This document shows, piece after piece, positions 7,048 through 11,179 of a DNA stretch of 11,179 bases. Location: NCBI GenBank assembly GCA_016839745.1, contig JAEOTS010000108.1, positions 1-11,179 on the forward strand, in the 5' to 3' direction. Below the pieces are notes generated by a model, which did not search any database, was not told the DNA's origin, and was given only the letters and a program-made list of their open reading frames with translations. Position numbers and translations under genes: made by a program. Every line of letters begins with the position of its first letter. The first letter of the stretch is position 1. The stretch is from Promethearchaeota archaeon. GTDB lineage: Archaea > Asgardarchaeota > Lokiarchaeia > Sigyniarchaeales > SOKP01.

Positions 7048-9339
7048 TTGAGTGAAAAATGTGATATATTATTCATTTCTGATTCTAAAGATGAAGAATC
7101 TCCAATATTACAAAAGTTAAAAGTAAATAACCTCAATGTGCAATTGGAATCCTCTGAAAATTATATCAATTTATGTTCAGTGTTATCCAAAAGAAGATCG
7201 GATATTATATTATCCGATTATAAAGCATGGAAACTACGTGGAATAGAAATATTAAGAATTATTAAAGAAAAAGAAATAATGGTCCCCTATATTGTTATTG
7301 GCAAAGAAATAGATGAAAAAGCAATGATTTCCTTGATAGAAACTGGAATAAATGATTATATCGAAGAAGATAGTCTACACCGCTTAATTCCTACTATTAA
7401 ACGAGAGATAAAAAATACAAATTCCGTAAAAAAACTAAAAAACTTTAATTTTTCTCAATGTTTAACTGAAGAGAAATTTCAAACATTACTTAAAATTTCT
7501 GAATTTATGATTTATACATTAGATCTAAACACTAATTTACTTGATGTTAATAATGCTTTTAATGATTTTCTAGGATATAATAAAGGAGAAACCCTTGATT
7601 CATCAAACATTTATAAATTAATTCATCCTAATGATAAAATGATTCTTACTAATGGAATTCAAAAAGTATTGGAAGGAACATTTGTTAAAAATGTTGAATA
7701 TCGATTAAAAAAAAAGAACGGAACCTATATACAACTTTTATCAAATCAAGCACCAATTTTTAATATTCAAAATCAAATTATCGGAATTCTCTGTGTTTCC
7801 CAAGATTTAACGAAAAGCAGAAAAATTGAACAGTCAATTGAAGATCATATCCATAGACAAGCTTTGATTGCCAAATTTGGTTTGGAAACTATTACTGAAA
7901 AAAAAATTGATAATTTATTTAAAAAAGCAACATCTTTGCTAGCAAAAATATTGGATGTAGAGTATACGAAGGTACTTGAAATTCTTCCTAATAAGAAATT
8001 TTTGAAATTACGGGCAGGAGTTGGTTGGCATAAGGGTTTAGTTGGAAATGCAACTGTTGAAAATAATAAAAATTCGCAAGCGGGGTTTACATTACTAACA
8101 ACTGCTCCAGTAATTGTGGAAAACTTGAAAACTGAAACTAGATTTTGTGCCCCTAAACTTCTAGCGGATCATGAAGTTATTAGCGGAATGAGTGTTATTA
8201 TTCAAGGAAAAAACACCCCATTTGGTATTTTAGGAATTCATACAAAAGAACATCGGATATTTTCAAAAGACGATATTAATTTTTTACAATCTATAGCGAA
8301 TGTTCTTGCAGGTGTTATTGTTCGTGATTCTACTGAGAAAGAGTTAAGAGAAAGTGAAGAAAAATATCGAATGCTAACAGAACAATCCTTGTTGGGCACA
8401 TTAATCCTTGCTAATGGACAAATAATTTTTGCAAACAAGGGTATATCTAATATTTTAGGATTTTCAATAAATGAACTGTTATCTTGGAATCTAAATACCA
8501 TAGGCCACCATATTCATTCTGAAGATATACAAATGACAATTGAAAATTATAATAAAATTTTAAACGAGGATATATCCTCTTTTCAATCCGAAATTCGAAT
8601 GAGAAAAAAAAACAATGAGTATTTGTATATTCAGCAGTATTCAAAAAGGATTCAATTTCGAGGAAGTTCTGCTTTATTCATAAATATAATCGATATAACT
8701 GAACAGAAAAAGAATGAAATCTTGCTGGAATCTTCCCTAGCGGAAAAAGAAATACTCCTGAAAGAAATTCATCATAGAGTTAAGAACAATTTACAAATAA
8801 TTTCAAGTTTAATAGTACTGCAAGAACAATATGTAAAAGATGAAAGAATTCTCTATATTTTTAAGGATTTCCAAAGTCGTATTAAAGTTATGGCGCTAAT
8901 ACACCAAACATTATACAACTCCGAAAACTTGAATAAGATACATCTTTCAAATTACATAAAAAACCTTGTTAATAATCTATTTAAAGCTTATTCAGCAAAT
9001 TCCAAACAGATTAAACTAGAATTGAATATTGAAGATATTGATTTCAGTCTAGACAACGCTAATGCTTGTGGTTTAATTATAAATGAACTTGTATCTAACT
9101 CATTAAAACATGCTTTTTCTAATAATAACGATGGAAAAATTATTGTTACACTGAAAAAAACCATAAACAATAGAATATTATTAGATGTCTATGATAATGG
9201 AATAGGTTTTCCCAAAGATGTAGATTATAAAAATTCAGATTCATTAGGGTTAAAACTTATATCCACTATAACCAAACAAATGGATGGAAAGATTTCTATT
9301 GAAAGAAATAATGGAACCCATGTTAAAATCACCTGGTAA
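7048..9339 (+). CDS. Cytoplasmic sensor histidine kinase: degenerate REC - PAS - GAF - PAS - HisKA_2 - HATPase
   Basis: REC-like DIILSDY; PAS segments IHPND...EYRLKKKNG and IHSED...; GAF segment LRAGVGW...SQAGFTL...DDINFLQSIAN; H-box LLKEIHHRVKNNLQ; N-box NELVSNSLKHAF; G1 DNGIGF; SLGLKLI. No transmembrane segment is apparent. The TTG start is uncertain. Confidence 0.93.
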   Translation: MSEKCDILFISDSKDEESPILQKLKVNNLNVQLESSENYINLCSVLSKRRSDIILSDYKAWKLRGIEILRIIKEKEIMVPYIVIGKEIDEKAMISLIETGINDYIEEDSLHRLIPTIKREIKNTNSVKKLKNFNFSQCLTEEKFQTLLKISEFMIYTLDLNTNLLDVNNAFNDFLGYNKGETLDSSNIYKLIHPNDKMILTNGIQKVLEGTFVKNVEYRLKKKNGTYIQLLSNQAPIFNIQNQIIGILCVSQDLTKSRKIEQSIEDHIHRQALIAKFGLETITEKKIDNLFKKATSLLAKILDVEYTKVLEILPNKKFLKLRAGVGWHKGLVGNATVENNKNSQAGFTLLTTAPVIVENLKTETRFCAPKLLADHEVISGMSVIIQGKNTPFGILGIHTKEHRIFSKDDINFLQSIANVLAGVIVRDSTEKELRESEEKYRMLTEQSLLGTLILANGQIIFANKGISNILGFSINELLSWNLNTIGHHIHSEDIQMTIENYNKILNEDISSFQSEIRMRKKNNEYLYIQQYSKRIQFRGSSALFINIIDITEQKKNEILLESSLAEKEILLKEIHHRVKNNLQIISSLIVLQEQYVKDERILYIFKDFQSRIKVMALIHQTLYNSENLNKIHLSNYIKNLVNNLFKAYSANSKQIKLELNIEDIDFSLDNANACGLIINELVSNSLKHAFSNNNDGKIIVTLKKTINNRILLDVYDNGIGFPKDVDYKNSDSLGLKLISTITKQMDGKISIERNNGTHVKITW

Positions 9340-9368
9340 TCTTAAAAATTATAATAAGAAAAAGTAAT

Positions 9369-10193
9369 ATGACACAAATAAAAGTAATGATCGTTGAAGA
9401 CGAATTAATTACCGCTGAAGCAATATCGATTCTTTTAAAAAAATTAAACTATGATCCTATTGCTATAGTTCCTTCTGGAGAAGAAGCAATTTCCAAAATC
9501 AGGAATTTAAATCTTGATTTGATATTAATGGATATAATTCTAGCAGGAACTATGGATGGAATTGAAACAGCGCAATTTATTAATACAAACTATAATATTC
9601 CCATTATATTTATAACCGCATATGGAGATAAAAAAACCTTAGATAGAGCCAAATTATCGGAACCTTACGGATATATAGTAAAACCTATCACGAATGAAGA
9701 TGACTTGCTACCTACAATAGAACTCGCAATGTATAATCATGAAGTAAAAAACAAGCTTAAGAAAGATCATGAAAAATTTGAACAGATTAAGCAATTATTT
9801 CAACCAGATAAATTGATTTTACCTTCCCAGGTTAAAAAACCCTTAGAAAAAAGAAATTATCTTGAACAAGCAAAGGAAGATTTAGATCCTATGCTTGAAA
9901 TAGAAACTCTTGGTGAAAAAATCAATTTAGTTGAATGGTTGAAATCGTTCTCAAATCCTGACAGATTTTTAATATTGGAATTATTAAAATCTCAGTCTCT
10001 AAAATTGGATGAGATCCAGATGTTAATCGGTAAATCTCAATCTACCTCTTCACACCATATTAAGAAATTAGAAAAAACGGGATTCATTAAAGGATGGAAA
10101 AATGGAAAATATATTTATTACTCGTTAAATAAGCCTAAATTAATGGAATTTGTGTATTTATGGGAGAATTGGATTAAAAATCTCTCGTCTTAA
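9369..10193 (+). CDS. Response regulator: intact REC domain plus C-terminal ArsR/SmtB-type winged HTH
   Basis: REC residues IVEDE, LILMD (phosphoacceptor), ITAY and YIVKP. C-terminal SNPDRFLILELL...SQSTSSHHIKKLEKTGFI...GKYIYYSL. Confidence 0.9.
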   Translation: MTQIKVMIVEDELITAEAISILLKKLNYDPIAIVPSGEEAISKIRNLNLDLILMDIILAGTMDGIETAQFINTNYNIPIIFITAYGDKKTLDRAKLSEPYGYIVKPITNEDDLLPTIELAMYNHEVKNKLKKDHEKFEQIKQLFQPDKLILPSQVKKPLEKRNYLEQAKEDLDPMLEIETLGEKINLVEWLKSFSNPDRFLILELLKSQSLKLDEIQMLIGKSQSTSSHHIKKLEKTGFIKGWKNGKYIYYSLNKPKLMEFVYLWENWIKNLSS

Positions 10194-10235
10194 TTATTTA
10201 AAAGATAATATAAAGAAGAAAATAGGAAGAAAATC

Positions 10236-10568
10236 ATGGAAGAATTGACAAAGAATAAACTTAAAACAATAAAAAAAAAACACGAGAATAATGCCTCCTA
10301 TACATTCTTACGAGAAAGTATGGAAATCATAGGCAATGAAGACAGATTTTTAATTTTAAATCTTTTAAATAATAAACCATGTTTACTCTCTGATATTGAG
10401 AAAAATTTGAACAGAAATCAACCTTCTATCTCCCATCATGTTAGAATTTTGGAGGAACATAATTTTATTCATAGTTCAAAGAAAGGTAAATTCAAGGAAT
10501 ATTCAATTTCCAAAGAAAAGTTTGTAAAACTGTTAAATATTTGGAATCAATGGTTTCATGTAATTTGA
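10236..10568 (+). CDS. ArsR/SmtB-family transcriptional regulator
   Basis: GNEDRFLILNLL...NQPSISHHVRILEEHNFI...GKFKEYSI winged-HTH signature. AGGA lies upstream of the ATG. Confidence 0.88.
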   Translation: MEELTKNKLKTIKKKHENNASYTFLRESMEIIGNEDRFLILNLLNNKPCLLSDIEKNLNRNQPSISHHVRILEEHNFIHSSKKGKFKEYSISKEKFVKLLNIWNQWFHVI

Positions 10569-10622
10569 TCCAAGAATTATTGATTTAAAAGAATGCTAGT
10601 AATATGGAAAGGGAAAGTATTA

Positions 10623-10704
10623 ATATTTTCATGAGTCCTTAGGAAAATATAAAGGGGCATTAACAATTCATTTGTTAGTTTTACCATTTTTGTTTACCTT
10701 TTTT
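10623..10704. terminator. Inverted repeats and T-tracts between convergent arsR and fkbM genes (possible terminator region)
   Basis: ATATTTTC (10623-10630) / GAAAATAT (10643-10650) and TAACAA (10661-10666) / TTGTTA (10672-10677), followed by several T runs on the plus strand. Confidence 0.4.
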
Positions 10705-10783
10705 GATATAAATAAAATTAGCAACTTATGACGATTTGGTCCAAAATTTCTTTTTTTAATAAATTGGGTGAAACAATTAAAAG

Positions 10784-11179
10784 TTACCATACGATTAAGT
10801 AAGCTTCCGCTATTGGTCTTATATCACTGAGGATTTTAAATTTAAAGTTGTAGTCTGGCTTCATTTCTTGTACAAATTGCTTCGCTTCGAAAAATTCCTT
10901 TGGGTTATGATAGATTCCTAATAGCAATACGGGCTTCTGTTCTACAATCGTTTTCTTAGCTCCCTCTAAGACCTCCATCTCATAACCCTCAATATCAATT
11001 TTAATAACACCAACATCAAGCTTTCTTTCGGCAACAAATTCGTCAACTGTTATCATTTGCACTACGCTCTTTCCATCTCCTTCTGGGACATAGGAACAAG
11101 GTCCCCAATTATAGAAGTTTACTTCGCCACTTTTTTCCCCAAGACATTTCCTAATTGGAATCACATTTTTTAAGTCGTG
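10784..11179 (-). CDS. FkbM-family SAM-dependent methyltransferase (5'-partial, runs off the window)
   Basis: ITVDEFV...VIKIDIEGYEMEVLEGAKKTI...KPVLLLGIYH. The frame stays open to the edge (HDLKNVIP...), so the GTG at 11164 is probably internal. Confidence 0.88.
   Translation of the reverse strand, partial: HDLKNVIPIRKCLGEKSGEVNFYNWGPCSYVPEGDGKSVVQMITVDEFVAERKLDVGVIKIDIEGYEMEVLEGAKKTIVEQKPVLLLGIYHNPKEFFEAKQFVQEMKPDYNFKFKILSDIRPIAEAYLIVW

Noticed and set aside
128-9170. Other short antisense ORFs (128-328, 685-981, 5548-5748, 6349-6588, 6897-7136, 8238-8501, 8447-8644, 8988-9170)
   Set aside because: They overlap real genes on the opposite strand or AT-rich spacer DNA, with low-complexity F/L/I/S-rich translations and no motifs.
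10566-10775. Selenocysteine read-through of the arsR TGA, with a SECIS-like ATGA-N11-AAAA at about 10728-10746
   Set aside because: The protein ends just after the WxxW motif, at nearly the same point as its paralog. Read-through meets further TGAs in non-coding-like sequence, and the putative SECIS lacks a correctly placed GA quartet and full stem.
1-11179. CRISPR arrays, tRNA/rRNA, transposons or integrases
   Set aside because: No regularly spaced repeats, GC-rich structured RNA segments, terminal inverted repeats or recombinase ORFs were seen.

Overview
AT-rich, apparently archaeal window. The low GC, BRE/TATA-like promoter, MfnB gene and HisKA_2 kinase are compatible with an Asgard/Lokiarchaeia-type genome, but this is inference only. 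The core is a seven-gene minus-strand redox cluster (6704->1225): two paralogous split-barrel flavin-binding (PNPOx-like) proteins, a 2x[4Fe-4S] ferredoxin, an HdrD/GlpC-like CCG Fe-S protein, an intact-looking MfnB furan-aldehyde synthase with no other methanofuran genes nearby, a small Fe-S partner, and a tungsten aldehyde:ferredoxin oxidoreductase (AOR/WOR)-family enzyme with a non-canonical active site. Divergently transcribed is a signalling module: a pseudoREC-PAS-GAF-PAS-HisKA_2 kinase, a response regulator fused to an ArsR-type wHTH, and a stand-alone paralogous ArsR. Flanking genes are a DUF3795 Cys-rich protein and a partial FkbM methyltransferase. The best candidate for an undescribed system is MfnB plus the atypical WOR and the flavin/Fe-S module as a furan-aldehyde or triose-phosphate/methylglyoxal redox pathway, possibly controlled by the adjacent REC-ArsR two-component system. 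No RNA genes, CRISPR arrays or mobile elements were seen.
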